A stretch of 63,751 nucleotides of DNA, filler included, from Bigelowiella natans CCMP2755 (taxonomy: Eukaryota > Protista > Cercozoa), in NCBI GenBank assembly GCA_000320545.1. It is 5 parts of 5 records of this genome, joined end to end, with 100 filler letters (N's around TTAATTAATTAA, not from the genome) between each part and the next. Parts side by side here need not be neighbours in the genome. Positions count along the whole stretch, not along the records: positions 26,431 to 35,501 come from ADNK01000109.1; positions 35,602 to 36,922 come from ADNK01002902.1; positions 37,023 to 63,751 come from ADNK01002289.1; 2 more parts are not named here. One strand, given 5' to 3'. Within the stretch, counting starts at the first letter, position 1. The number at the start of each line of letters is the position of its first letter. Below the pieces are notes generated by a model that was not told the DNA's origin, ran no database searches, and saw only the letters and a list, made by a program, of their open reading frames with translations. Positions 33,921-48,487 of this stretch are shown in pieces. The position numbers were made by a program, and so were the translations under genes.

Positions 33921-35325
33921 TCAACGCCGTTTTGAAGAGCTTTTTCGACGCTGGCGTCCCTTCTTCGCGCTATCAGTAGGCGTGGTGGATTCTGATTTTC
34001 TTGACCTGCCTGTTATTATAATGGCAAGGTGGGATTGTGATGCACGGGAGAAAGGTTCTTGTCGCCCCTCTTGATCTCGAAATAGGAACAGTTCAGAGAA
34101 AGAGCAAGCATTGCGTACTTTACAAAATTCGCTCCAGAAATTCGCAGGCATATCATTTCTACCATTATTTTTTTTCTTGTCGATTTTCGAATTCCCGGAG
34201 CTGATGCATTTCTTTCCTCTTTTCAATATCTCATCTGTAATCTGAAAAGGCCACGACAATGATTCACAACACAGCAGCCCTTCTTCAAGTAGAAGAAGGA
34301 GAGAAAGTGATCACCTCAGTTCCGTAACAAGCCAATGATATGTGGGCGCGGCCTTTGCTTAGAGGAGCTAGGGCAGCAGCGGTAGCAGCATCGCTACCAC
34401 CACCAGATTCGCCTTTGTTGCGCTGTAAGCCAGATGGGGGAGATATATTGATGTAGCCCATAATAGTTTTGCGACTATTTAGATAAGTTTTGGTGTACTC
34501 TATATTTTTGCAAAACCAATCGCGAGGGTCTTTTGACGTGCAAGTAGATTTTTTCAAAGAGAAACAGATTGGTACCTTGCCCTCTTGCTCATCATCATTA
34601 AGCACCCGATTTTCCCTTCTCACTCTATTCTCCATCGACACTCCCAGCGCTAGCCACTGGCAGTGATAGAATCGCTCGTTGTGGTGTGATGGGATACCAA
34701 TATTCGCGCGCTGTCGGTCAAACACGAACACATTGTAAGTGGGAGTAAACCGTAACTTCCTCATCTCAACATCTTCATATTCCCTCTTTCCATCCCTGTC
34801 CCTCTCCTAAATGAACTTTCCTTGTATCACAAACAAACCTGAATGATGAGGTCCTCCACTCTAAACCTGACCTTCTTCCCCAGGTCATCATTGTTGGCCT
34901 CCAAGCTAATGTGCAAGCCCTACGTGCAGGTATGTCGGGGCGCGGCGGAAGGAGGGAAGGCAAAACGGATTTTTCGCCCATTATGAAAGAGAGAGGGGGG
35001 GGGGGGGAGCAGTGCAGAAAGAGCATGCATGAATGTGGAAGTGTCGATATTATTACGAAGCAGGGAACACACGCACACACACATACACACACACACACAC
35101 ACACATAGAGAGAGAGAGAAAAAAAAAAAGGGGGGGGGGGGGGAGGGGGGGCACAACTCTCTTGCTAAGGAATCATAGGGGACGCAACACCCAATAACAC
35201 ACAGACCACTCCACTTAATGGCGTGTAAAACTTGAAATCCTCCTCACGTAATGATAGAGACTCCTTCCTCTCGAAGTGCCGACGCAACCTCGCTTGGTTA
35301 GCTTTCAGCTTCTTGTCCTATCGGA
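33921..35325 (-). CDS. Hypothetical multi-exon protein, 3' part; basic C-terminus
   Basis: GT-AG-bounded open exons such as DKKLKANQARLRRHFERKESLSLREEDFKFYTPL, GLHISLEANNDDLGKKVRFRVEDLIIQ, RANIGIPSHHNERFYHCQWLALG, ending …KKGRQRRKSSSKRR*. No family recognised. Confidence 0.5.
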
Positions 35326-35501
35326 ATATCTCTGCCAAACTTGCTCCCAACGCCCACCGTGAAATACAACGCCCCCCCCCGCCGCCGCCCAAACCCCACC
35401 ACCAAACCCTCAACAAAGTTATACGTAGATCAGGATTATGGAATTTAAGAAACTGGAATCAATCAGGCGTGGAAGCACCCGGAAGAAAAAGCAAAAAAGT
35501 T

Positions 35502-35601
35502 NNNNNNNNNNNNNNNNNNNNNNNNNNNNNNNNNNNNNNNNNNNNTTAATTAATTAANNNNNNNNNNNNNNNNNNNNNNNNNNNNNNNNNNNNNNNNNNN
35601 N
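35502..35601. other. Assembly gap spacer (N44-TTAATTAATTAA-N44)
   Basis: Same artificial linker. Confidence 0.97.
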
Positions 35602-35771
35602 ATATATATATATATATATTTTTTTGTTTGTCTGGGTATGAGTGTATGGGTTTGGGAATATTTTTGCACATCGCATAGAATGTGTTGTTATTCGTATTCC
35701 AAGCCTTTTTTCTTTGCGGGGAAACAAGAAGCCGATATGGGGATGGGAGAAGAGCGAAAGAGCGAAAGAGC

Positions 35772-35809
<38 letters not shown>

Positions 35810-36008
35810 GAGAGCGAGACGATCTATTTCCTCTACCGATATGTAATGAAGCTGCTTTGAGCTTGCAACCGATAGATAGAATTTCGGGGGGGGGAAAGGA
35901 GGATATGGTAATTGACTATTTCTCCTCTAAACAGATCGACAGAGGCTGCTTCCTTGCTCCGAAGGTAGATTCAATGAAATATATTGTAATAATATATAAT
36001 AAATAATG

Positions 36009-36047
<39 letters not shown>

Positions 36048-36083
36048 AATTTTATGCTCATATGACATACCCTCCCCCTCCAG

Positions 36084-36339
36084 CTTCGGGATTCGCGCTC
36101 GCATCGTCGAGTTCATCGATAAAGACGCACAGGCCAAGGAGCGTGCAATCCGGGCGAAGATAGCGCGGGAGGGAGGAGTGCATCGAAGGAAGGGGAGGGG
36201 GAGGGGGAGGGGGAGGGTGGTTGAAAAGCAGCAGCAAAAGGGGAGGGGGGACTGGCAAAAAAGCGACGCGAGAAAAGCCTCTCCGGCTTCCCATATGCAG
36301 CTGTTAGAGTGGGTCTGGAACTACTTCTCACCAGACGAG
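36084..36339 (+). CDS. Internal exons of a ZUP1/Mug105-like (peptidase C78) deubiquitinase
   Basis: SFGIRARIVEFIDK… and LLEWVWNYFSPDE match the (S)FG.RA.IVDF…L.EW.WNYF segment of ZUFSP-family proteases. Catalytic residues are not on this contig. Confidence 0.5.
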
Positions 36340-36444
36340 GTCGCTCCGCTCCTCCTTGCTGGATGTGCATTATGAGAGAGAGAGAGACGGAGATAAGATA
36401 TAATACGCATTACTGGAGATTGGCATGCCACCAGAGTGGGATGT

Positions 36445-36922
36445 AGAAAGAGGGACGGGGGGGGGGGGGGGGGGGGGGGGGGGAAAAAGCTTGACATTTG
36501 AGGGACACACCACGAACATCATGCCATTCATCAAGACACTTGGAACAGTGAAGATGGGCTTGTTTGCCCACTTCTCCAGAGCTCCATGCATGCGGTTTGG
36601 AAACCGGCTCCCATGAGCGAACCTCTGGCAGACAACGGAGAGATTGCATTCCACTCACCTGGGTGCGGACTGAGCGAAACATCACGAGAGGCAATTGAAG
36701 AGTCTTGAGAGTTCCATGCCGAAGCCCATTCAGTTTGAGAGACAGATGCCAGCAGACCAGGAGGAACACTTTGGAGAACCGAAAGAACCAAACGCTTGAT
36801 GGGAGCGTGCTGGAAGCAAGTCGAGTTGAAAGCAAGCCCCCCCACATGGGAATGGCAAAGACGCTCTGTGAGAGATGCACTCTTCAGGAAGAACCGCATT
36901 GTTGGAGTTTGGGAGCCTTGAA
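36445..36922. other. TpA-free, complex-sequence tract (probable mutated repeat/TE remnant)
   Basis: No TA dinucleotide found by manual reading in 478 bp; follows a long G-run and ends at a contig break. Confidence 0.75.
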
Positions 36923-37022
36923 NNNNNNNNNNNNNNNNNNNNNNNNNNNNNNNNNNNNNNNNNNNNTTAATTAATTAANNNNNNNNNNNNNNNNNNNNNN
37001 NNNNNNNNNNNNNNNNNNNNNN
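36923..37022. other. Assembly gap spacer (N44-TTAATTAATTAA-N44)
   Basis: Same artificial linker. Confidence 0.97.
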
Positions 37023-37065
37023 TTATTTGCCTTTCTGTGCAATCTACCCTATTATTAGAAGCAGG

Positions 37066-37218
37066 ATCCAGTGAGAAAAGTGATAACGTTGAGCTGACAA
37101 ACATGATATCAGTCTACGATGTTCCTCTTGGCAAAAAAATGCCAGAGGTTATACCTTGCTTCATTGAGGTATTAGTGCAGCAGCAGCAGCAGTAGTAGTA
37201 TTAGTAGTAGTAATAGTG

Positions 37219-37262
<44 letters not shown>

Positions 37263-37653
37263 TGTAGTAGTAGTAAATCGAATCATGCTAGTATTTTTTC
37301 TCCCATCTATTTTGTGTACCACCACCACCACCACCACCACCACCACCACCACCATCCAACCTCTGAATCGGAAGAAGGAGTAGTAGTAGTAGTAGTTCTC
37401 AGAATGTTGGTGCCATTGAGAAAGTGGCAAGAATTATTGTGATGAAGAATATTTTACAACTGCATGATGTGGTTGTATCGTGTGTTCGAAGTTTGGTGAT
37501 ATGTGTTGCATTAGATGATTGATTCATTCATTCATTCATTCATTCATTGATCGGCACATGTGAACGAACAAAAATCTGTGGTGTTCTAGATAAATCACAA
37601 GCATAATGATGATGATGATGAGGATGATGATGATGATGGCCACACCCACTGTA

Positions 37654-37696
<43 letters not shown>

Positions 37697-37948
37697 TAGG
37701 TTCCCCGTGGGTCGCGTAATAAGTATGAATGGGACAATGAACTGGGTTTTTTGAAGCTTGATAGGGTGCTACACTCTGCGGTGTTTTATCCTCATAACTA
37801 TGGTAGTACTACTAGTAGTAGCAGTAGAGGAGGTAGTGGTAGCAGTATGCTTGTGGTGGCTGCTGTCAATGGTGGTGGAGGTGGGTTAGAGGAGGCATTG
37901 GTGATGCAGATGATGATTCACTGAATGAATGCATGCATGTGTGAGTGT

Positions 37949-37985
<37 letters not shown>

Positions 37986-38166
37986 GCTGCTTATTATTTG
38001 TCTACTGTGTGGTGTTGTGTGGTATTTTCATCATCTTCATCATCATCATCCTATATCAGGTTTCTTCCCTCAAACTCTTTGTGGAGATGGAGATCCTTTA
38101 GATGTGCTTGTAATGGGTAATACCTACTACTAGTACTAGTAATACATAGCGGTGACAGCATCTAAC

Positions 38167-38203
<37 letters not shown>

Positions 38204-40411
38204 GGGTATGATGCAAGAAAAATAATAATGATAATAATGGTGGTTGTGGTGGTATCCAAGAATAGAATTAGTGTCAAGTGGGACTACACAACACAATAAA
38301 ACATCTGCTACTGCATTTTAACAACACTGTGTGGGTTCTGTTGTCTTGCTCTTAATATGTGCGCTTTCTTCCTTGTAGTATTTATTTATTTGGTTTCAAG
38401 TTCCTTTACACATTATATCACATCTAAGGTGCTTAACAACATAACAAACTAACTAGGTGATTTACCTTTGGTACCTGGATCTCTTGTAGACGTACAAACC
38501 ACACAACACAACACAACCAACATGATAGCTACTACTATATCGAAAGAAGAAGAACAACAACAAGAAGAAGAGAAAACTGTGTACTACTACTTCTGCTACT
38601 TCTACTACTACTTCCTCATATTATTAAATATGGGAGTTGTTTAAGAAAGGAGAACGCATCAAACGCATTAAAAATCGATGATGGTTTACATCAAAAAAAT
38701 ATTCATTTCTCCATATCTTATCTCCCTTTTCTTGTATTGATGATGATGATGATTTGCAAACTTGATATAAGAATACATGTGATAATGACAATGGAATTCA
38801 TTATTCATTATTAACTTCATAGGTACGCCCAATAGCTTACATGGTATTACTAGTACTACTACTACTACTACAGTAGTAGTAGTAGTAGTAGTAGTAATAG
38901 TAGCAGTGGTAGCCATATTGCTACTTATCTACTTACTATAATAATGATAATTGTAACAACGCAGGTTACTACTACGATGATATATTAGTCTCGACATATT
39001 GTATTTATTGAAACATTAGTCTCGACATATTGTATTTATTGAAACTTAGCAGCAAGAGCATGATGAATGCCTCTTGACTCAAACAAACAATAATAGGATG
39101 GTGAGAGGGGGTGTGTGGGGGGGTGTCTTGTCTGAACAGCCGTCTAATAGCTGCAAGGCATGATTATTCTGATTCATTGTATTGATGATACAAGGTTTAA
39201 GAAGAATCTTTGTTTGAATAGATTTTGAAATAATAATAAGGTTATGGAAGATGAGAAGGGTATGGATGAAAAAGTGCTGGCAGTAGTTAACAAAGATCCC
39301 CATTATGTCGAGGTAGATACGTTCTAATATCATTCCATATGCTCGATAGATCATTGCTGTTACTATTGAATATTTTGGTAATATCATTTGTTAGATGAAG
39401 ACTCTAAGAGATGTACCAGAGCATGTGTTACGTGAGATTGCTCACTTCTTCCAAACTTACAAGGTGCTATCAATAAATCGTCAGATGCAGCATATCCAAC
39501 ATTCGTAATTATTTATCAACTAAGTACTAAATCATAAGATTTTTCCATCTTTTCTTCTGATGATAATGATGGTGATGATGATGATTATTATTCTTATGCT
39601 GCTGTGAGGTCAACGATCGCTAGCTGGCCGTTGCATGAAAAGCATTATTATCAGCAGCAGTCGTAGCAGCAGCGACAGTCTACTAGGATATATAGTTCTG
39701 TAACAACTGTCTTCTTCTCCTCCTCCTCCTATTAATATTTTATGCCGACTAAGATGGTGTAGTCAACATTAGAATAATGAATTTATTTACTATCATCTAC
39801 AACCTTTATTAATACACAGGCATTGGAGAAGAGGAAGTGGGTGAAGGTAGGAGGGTGGAAAGGTACTGCTAGTAGTAGTGCTACTGGTACCTTGCTTGTG
39901 TGTTTATTGTTGTGAGGAGGCCCCATGTGGTGATAGCAGCACTAGTACCACCACCACCACAATAGGAGCAATCAAACTTCGAATCATTGTTGATCATTAT
40001 CTTTATCATCATTGCCTTAATCTTTGTTCCACTGATAATAATAATAAAGGTACCGAAGACACCAAAGACCTTATTGTGGACACTCACAAAACGTAATCAA
40101 CCTAAAAATAAATTAGAAAATAGCACATTATTGTGCGCTGACTTGTTATATCAGCCACAGCGACGATGACTCAGTGACGGTGTTGCTAATTGCTGTTGCT
40201 TTAGTCTGATACAGTGATGTCAGTTGTTGTTGTTGTTGTTGTTGTTATCCCATTTCTCAATGTACCGTCTAATAATAGTACAAGTCTAAACTCTAATGGT
40301 TCATATATTATGTATCGTATCCACTGTATTTGTTAATATTGTTTGCCTATTGTTGTTGTCAGCTACAAGGCACAGAGAAAAGATGGACCGATTGAATACG
40401 CGGGAAACTAA
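37066..40411 (+). CDS. ppa: Soluble inorganic pyrophosphatase, family I (prokaryote/plant-cytosolic type); about 10 exons, 5' end possibly missing
   Basis: CFIE|[35 protein letters not shown]|[19 protein letters not shown]|[11 protein letters not shown]|VRPIAYM|[15 protein letters not shown]…|[10 protein letters not shown]|[14 protein letters not shown]; DGDPLDV signature present. Confidence 0.95.
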
Positions 40412-41905
40412 CTAAGCAAAAGCAAAAGTAAAAGCAAAAGCAAAAGCAAGCAACGACGAACATGCTAGTAGGCTGTTCCTAGATTATTCAGAAATAGTCG
40501 ATATATTTCTTGGTGGGGATCAAACGCAACTATTTGCAAGTAGGTGATTTTTGAAGTGCCATCGTCATTTTATTCTTGGGATATTTTAATTGTTTTATTT
40601 TTATAGTGTTTAAGCATGGTTGTGTTCATCCATCCGTTGCTACCACCTCAAAAATATTTATAAGTTCTTCATCCACTATTATTTCTTGCGCTATCATACA
40701 CGTTTACGACGCAATGAGTGTGTGTTAGCTTGCACATGGTCACTCGCTGATCAAACTGCTGGTGTGCTGTTTGTAGACAAGTAAGCATGTGTTATTGTCT
40801 TTGTGTATAGCTTCACCTGCTGCATAATCTTGGTATTGCCAATGATGTGCGACATGTCGCATGTAAATTTTCACCGAGCACGATGTAAAATTTCGTGGGC
40901 GTAATTCTCACTGCGACGCCGCAAGCGCAATGTCGTCAATGACTAGAAGACGCATGTGCAGAATCCATCGAGATTTGTTTGTGCACTACTAGATTAGTTC
41001 AACCTTGCAACAACAACGCGTGGCAACTTGGACAATGCATGCAAAGACGCGAGGTCCAACTAATCTAGCTAGCTAGATTCTTTGTGTTTGCCATGCCTCT
41101 AGTGCCTAGCGATTCATGTGGCATCACGTTGACAAGCCTAGAAATCTAGAAATGCGTACATGCACACACTTATTTTCGATGATCGATGCAGATGGCTGGC
41201 TAGCTGACACATGAACAAGATGATCGAGCATTGCAATGAGCACAGTGTGACGACCAATGAACGCTCTCTCGTGGAGGCACATCGTCTAGTACTAGAGTAG
41301 ATCATGCCATGCTAGCATGCCGTGACGAGCAGTCATTGAGGTAGCAAACATCATGTCTAGCAATTGTGATGATTGTGCACGTGTGTGAATAAGCATGTCT
41401 ATCATGTGAATACATGCGTGTGCAACACTAGCTAGCTAGAATGAGGTAGTAGACAAGACGTACGGGCGATGAAATTACACAATCTAACAGTTTTGGTCTA
41501 GCTCAATGTTGCACTCTTTACATCTACACAATGTTCAATGGTAACAAACCACAGCTGTATGCGTGAAGAAGGTGCTCACATTTGCATGTGCTTTCACTAG
41601 TTCATGGAAGCGCGCATGCGAGCATCCATAAAATCTAGACATTTCATCGAAACGTACTATAACGCAATGTTTAAAGAAGTTATACCTTCCAGAGTGAGTG
41701 ATGATGTGTACTCTACACTGCTTGACACTGACAATTCTTTGTCGTGAGTCACATGTTAACAACCCAACGCACGCAGTCCCATCGAAGCAAATGCATGATA
41801 TGTAGTTCATTTACGTAAGAAATGCAATCATACGGAAACTTCAACTCTACTCGCAATTGTAATAACTGCATTCCTAATCGCTGCTTCCACCACCTTTGAT
41901 TTCTG

Positions 41906-42055
41906 TCACTGAGCTAAATTTCTTAAGTGATCCAAGGTCAATATTTACACGACTCCCCCCTCTTGCTCTTCCTAATACGTTATCATTCACAAATATGGTT
42001 TGCTATGTCCCATCCTTTCCAATACTCACAAAACACTCATAATACTCTCTCCCTC

Positions 42056-42091
<36 letters not shown>

Positions 42092-42395
42092 AACCAACCT
42101 TTTGCCTTTGTGTGTGCGCTGATTTCGTAGCCTTTGTATCCCCAACCCCCACGATGGATTCAGGTTTGGTAATCATGCAACAAGTAATAGTAGGGAAACA
42201 ACAAGAAAAAGGGCGAAAATAATAATAATAAAGACCTGTTGTTGGGTATTACCATGCAATAATAATTTCTCAGGAAATCAACAACTATGTTTATTTACCT
42301 CCCACAGTATTCATTAGCTTCTTAAATTCTTGTGACTGTTTAAAGGAGCCTGATTGTTGTATTGTTGTATGCATGTAGGGATACTCCGTCATTTA

Positions 42396-42426
<31 letters not shown>

Positions 42427-42895
42427 AAGAAGAAGAAACAATATGCTCATTTTGGCAGCAGGATCTCTATCATTCTCCCAAATCAACAATATACCCCCTT
42501 CCCTTCCTTCCTTTTTGACACTATAAGAATTGGTACAGATAATAAGTAAGTAGCAATGAGGGCATTGCTCTTTGGTGTATATGATCAATTCAGTGTGCTG
42601 CTACAACATAAAGTACATTTACTACTACTACTACTACTACTACTACTACCGAGCTTGTCACGTGACAGAAGAGTAACAACCTGAAATGGTATTATCAGAA
42701 GTATTGATGATCATTATTGATAATAACCCTTAATCATCATCACATAGTACAGTTTTATTAATTGCATTGCATTCATAATGCAGGTGATGATGACGATGAT
42801 GATGATGATGATATTAAGTAGTGATTGTAGATTAATAAAATTGTATTATGCTTCTTCTTCTCATAACTTGCCCTTCCTATGCTCGTATCACTATA

Positions 42896-42929
<34 letters not shown>

Positions 42930-43373
42930 AACTCTCACTACAGTAATCGTATTAATCGTAATCATGAACAATCCAGGTTAAATGGTTGATTACTTCGCCT
43001 TCTGCTTGGACAAACGTATTAGCGCTTGTTTTGTTGTCTTTTACTTCTTGTAAGACAGCCTTTGCCATTTGAGAAGAAATGTTCACCTGCCTACTTCCTC
43101 CTGCATTTGTGTAGTAGTAGTGGTAGTAGTGATAATAATAATCACAATTAGATGACAATGATAAATCACAAGCGCTAAATCCCCTCTAATCCTCTCCCTC
43201 ATCCTCCTAAAGACTAAATACTTGTTTTTGAAATTACTATCACTAACACACCACCATTCTCAGTACTACTACTACTACTACTACTACAATTTGTTGACCA
43301 CCTTCTCGAATGTACTTCTCTACCAGATCTTGAGCACGTTTCTATTAATGGTGGGAAAGAAGAAAGTGGTAGC

Positions 43374-43411
<38 letters not shown>

Positions 43412-44851
43412 CAGTAGTTTTATCATCATTTTCTGTGATTCTTCAATAACGAATCAAACACCAAGGTAGTAGTAACACAGCATATATCCGGTAAGAATTA
43501 AGTAAAAATGATGTAGAAGAACATCCACACGCGCGCCGCGCGCGCACACACACACACACACACACATATTCTAATACTGATATCACATCAGCTATCATCA
43601 CTTCAATAATAATAACAACTATCATCATCACTATCGTTGTTGTTGTTGTTGCCATTGTTACTGCCATCAAATGTTGGAAGATGTAGTGATTATGCTTGCA
43701 TACTTGTGCATTAGTACAAGATATATTATATTATGTGGTCAATGACCTGAATCATATCCTTATTCTCTCCTTTAGAAGAATCTACTCGATGAATAGAATG
43801 ATGTGTAAGAAATTATGGATGGTGTGTTAAATGATGATGACTACAACAGAATAAGAAGAGGAAGAAAGTAAAAGCAGTTAGTTGTTGTAGCAGAAGAAGG
43901 CGACTAACAAAGAATAACCACTACTAATACTACTAGTAGTAGTAGAACTATTTTTTATTTTCTTATAGTTGTCGTAGTAAAGAAGAAGAAGAAAGAAAAG
44001 GATAACTACTACAAATACTACTACTGTAACTATTATTACCCAGACTAAAGACCCATTTTCTAAAGGCCCTTACTTCATGCCAGAATTCTATTGACTAAAA
44101 ATAGAGGAGGAGGAGTAACATATCACAAGGAGTAATAATGTATCAATTATTTATGTCATCTAGGTTAAAGCTTCTTCTTCCTTCTGTAATAATCAATACT
44201 AATAATAATAGTACTACTAATTTGTTTAGATGTTACTTCTTCAGCGTAATGTTTCTCTAAGAATGCAGTGAATAACTCAACCCCTGCAAATATAGCAATA
44301 GCAATAGCATTTCACCAAGGAGGAGGGAAGAAGCAACAATTTAAACTGATCAACTATGACGATACTGTATCAACTACCTAGTACTACTTCTACTACTACT
44401 ACCTTTTGGGTGATACATTATTGATCGTATTTGACACTTTTTCCCCGCAATTTTTAGCTCAACCTTTTGATGCAGGTTAAACATCTAGTCATTTTAGAAA
44501 CATGTATATCTATTATAATTACTAATTTTTACACTTAAATAACAACTATAAGTGCTATTGTTGATAATAAGAAGGCTAATCATCATAATTATCATCATCA
44601 TCATCATCTTTCTCATTCTATTATTAATTACATCTGCTAGAGCTTCTGGACGATCTGCAAAAAACCTTTGCACACAGTAATATTCAGGTATTATAACCAC
44701 AGTATCTCAACGTCGTTGTTGACATTTCTCTTCTCGCATATTCGCCCATTCATATCTACTACTGCTGCTTATTATTCTTACTGCGACTATACTAACATTA
44801 AAGAAATAGCTACTACAAGTTCCATTTAGAATATATCTTTGCTGCAACTGC

Positions 44852-44887
<36 letters not shown>

Positions 44888-44968
44888 CAATGATATACCC
44901 TCGAAAACTGTCTTTTGACATGCTCAGTAACACCTGCAATGGAACAATAACGACTACATGTGAAATTT

Positions 44969-45000
<32 letters not shown>

Positions 45001-45053
45001 CATTAACATTCGCATAGGCCTAATATGCACACACACACACACACTCACACACA

Positions 45054-45104
<51 letters not shown>

Positions 45105-45218
45105 GCATAATGCACATCAACCATTATCTGCTACTACCACGCAGGTGTTTATGTACAATTTAAATACAACTAATATTCTGTTGTATTTTAGTATTTTGGT
45201 AATACTTCTCCCTCCATC

Positions 45219-45254
<36 letters not shown>

Positions 45255-45856
45255 CGTGTTGGTAGGCACCTTTTATATGCTACAACAACAACTAATGCTA
45301 CTACTCCTACTACTACTACTAATGCTATTATTACTGGTACTGTTACTATAAAGAGGTACCGTTTGTGCTAACGTCACGCATGTTGCCGTACGAGGAGTAT
45401 CCTGATAAATAAATATAAGCAAATACAAATACAAATACTTGATACAACAAAATAGTTATCACTACACTACAATGCCATCATATACATATATAGTTAGTAT
45501 CAATTATTAAAATAATCATGCATACAACTGCAATGCCATCAGGTCAATACATAATAATACTACAAACAAAAATAATAATAAATAACACAACTTTGAATAT
45601 AAGCCAGAATGTATAGACAAATCGATGATAATGAGAACAACTCTCTTATCTCCATCTACAAACTCTCTTACATCATCATCTATTTATATTATTATTCTTT
45701 TTCTTGTTCTTTGTTGTCAATAATCTCTCTCTTTCTCTCCACCACACTAATGTAGTACCTCGACAACAAGTGCAACTTCTCCAAAGTAGTTTCCTATTAT
45801 TATTTATAATAATTGCTGTGGTAGTTGTTGTTATTCTATCATAAAACAAACTACTG

Positions 45857-45889
<33 letters not shown>

Positions 45890-46233
45890 ATACAACGACT
45901 TACCTTGCTTCAAGTTGGCGACATGTTTCTTGTCTACTCGCACCGACACCTAATCATCAATATTAATACGTGAATAATATCACAATTGAAGTAGTCATTC
46001 CTTCAATATGTAGTAGGTAGGATAAAACTAGTGTGTATTCACTCCTCACTACTAATAACGAACAAGATCAATAAGAAGATGTCTGCCATTCTCATCGATA
46101 ATATTATCATTGGAGGTGCTGCTACTTTCTATTATCATTATTATTAAATAAACTACCTTGCCAAAAGATATTATGTAGAACCTATCTCCATCATCCCCTT
46201 CCTATTTCCAGCCAATCATCATCATCATAATAT

Positions 46234-46268
<35 letters not shown>

Positions 46269-46504
46269 GTCACACCTTGAAAATGACTTCATTTGCTTCA
46301 AACGTTTCAACCTGAAAGATGAGTGATGAAAGAAGAAACAAGAAAGAGAAGAGAACACCAATTTAATAAAAATAATTATAAATAATAATAACAATCAACT
46401 GTGTGTGGAGGGGGGGCATGCATTCTCTTCTTGTTGTTCTTCTTCATGCATTCTCTTCTTGTTGTTGTTCTTCTAGTTACCTATTTTCTTTCTTCCTATT
46501 ACAA

Positions 46505-46537
<33 letters not shown>

Positions 46538-46999
46538 ATGTACTACTACTAGTATTAAGCGTTGAACAAAGGAAGAGGAGGCATTATGTAGTAGTAGTAG
46601 TAGTTGTTGTTGTTGTTGTAGTAGTAGTAGTGGTTGCAATAATGACGGCATTCTTATTTGACAACAACAACAAACAACAAGCAACAAACAACAACTACTG
46701 CTGACACAAGTTAGAATCCCTCATTATTCAAATATCCTTCCTCCTTCATCTCCTCCTTACTTTGCATTTCATTGCTAATTCGTGGAATGATTCTTCAGGT
46801 ATTGCCTGTTTTTAAAGAGGATGATGATGCTGATGATGATTCGATGTAATATAACTGTTGTATTTGTAGTTGTAGTAATAATAATTATAATAATCTTCCT
46901 TAGTATTGCTATTACTACTACTGCTACTAATACCACTACCACTACTACTACTGCAACCACTGATCTAATTACATTTCTTTGAATTTTATGCAAGATACT

Positions 47000-47033
<34 letters not shown>

Positions 47034-47259
47034 CCTTCATCGTCGTCATCAGTGTTGTTGCTGTTGTCATTATTCTACTATTTCAGGTGTGTGCTAGCAA
47101 GTGTTATTACTACCTCAAAGAAAGGAATATGGAACTTTTTGAAGGTATTTACTATGTAGAGAGGGAAGGAGGAGGAGGAGGAGGAGGAGGAGGAGGAGGA
47201 GTTTAAAAACATCATATCACCAGTAATATGTAAGAGCATAATGATGATGATGAAGATGT

Positions 47260-47291
<32 letters not shown>

Positions 47292-47613
47292 CCTATTCTT
47301 TCTCTCATTACTACTTGAATGTCCAATTTTGCAATGTCTAAAAACGAATGAAACGTTTCCTGGGGGGGGGGGGAATGGGGAGTTGTGTACAAGAATAATT
47401 TATGAGAAATGCAAATACAAATGATGATGAGGAGGAGGAAATACCAAAACAACAGACAAAAGGTGATAATAGGTTATACAGCACTAACAAAAGCATGTTC
47501 TATAAGATTTACACAAGGAGGAGGAGGAGGAGGAGGAGGAGGAGGAGGAGGAGAAACAGAATTGTCACCTATCGTTCTGTTATTTAACTATTGAGCAGTA
47601 CTACTACAATACT

Positions 47614-47661
<48 letters not shown>

Positions 47662-47826
47662 ATTACTTAATAAGCAAGAGACTGAACAAACTAACAGTAT
47701 GCAAAGATAGTAAGTATCTTCTAACCAAACTAACATTACGCAAAGATAGTAGGAGCGTTGGGGCTGTGGCGATCACAGTTGCAGTTCTGTAAAAGAGTAG
47801 TAGGAGTACTTTCTTATATGTTGTTA

Positions 47827-47861
<35 letters not shown>

Positions 47862-48137
47862 TGCATATCCACTTGTAGTAGTAGTAGTAGTAATAGTAGC
47901 AGTAGTGATGTAGTCGTCTTCAACAATGTAAGGAGGAATAATAATAGCAGCACGTCGCCATCATCGTCATCATCATCATCATCATCATTATCATCATCAT
48001 AATTATCATCTTATTATTACTACTACTAAGTACTGACTACTACTACTACTACTACTACAACCGAGGTACTCCAGGCAGCATGAGAGCAATCTCTCCAAAA
48101 CAATCTGCCTTACGCACTGTTTTAAGGTGGATTTCCT

Positions 48138-48176
<39 letters not shown>

Positions 48177-48435
48177 TCATCACAATATAATAACAGAAAT
48201 GTACACATATCGTAGCAATATCACTGTGTAGGTGATAATAGCTGCTACTACTATCATCTATCACATACACACACATGATAATAGGATGAAATAATAACAC
48301 AACTCATATGTTATTATATGTTATTTATTTATCATCAATTCTTTGCTTATCGCTGTCGTGATAATATATATATATATATATATATATATAAAGGAGGATT
48401 ACTTCCATGACTATTAGCACATATTAGTACACATA

Positions 48436-48487
<52 letters not shown>

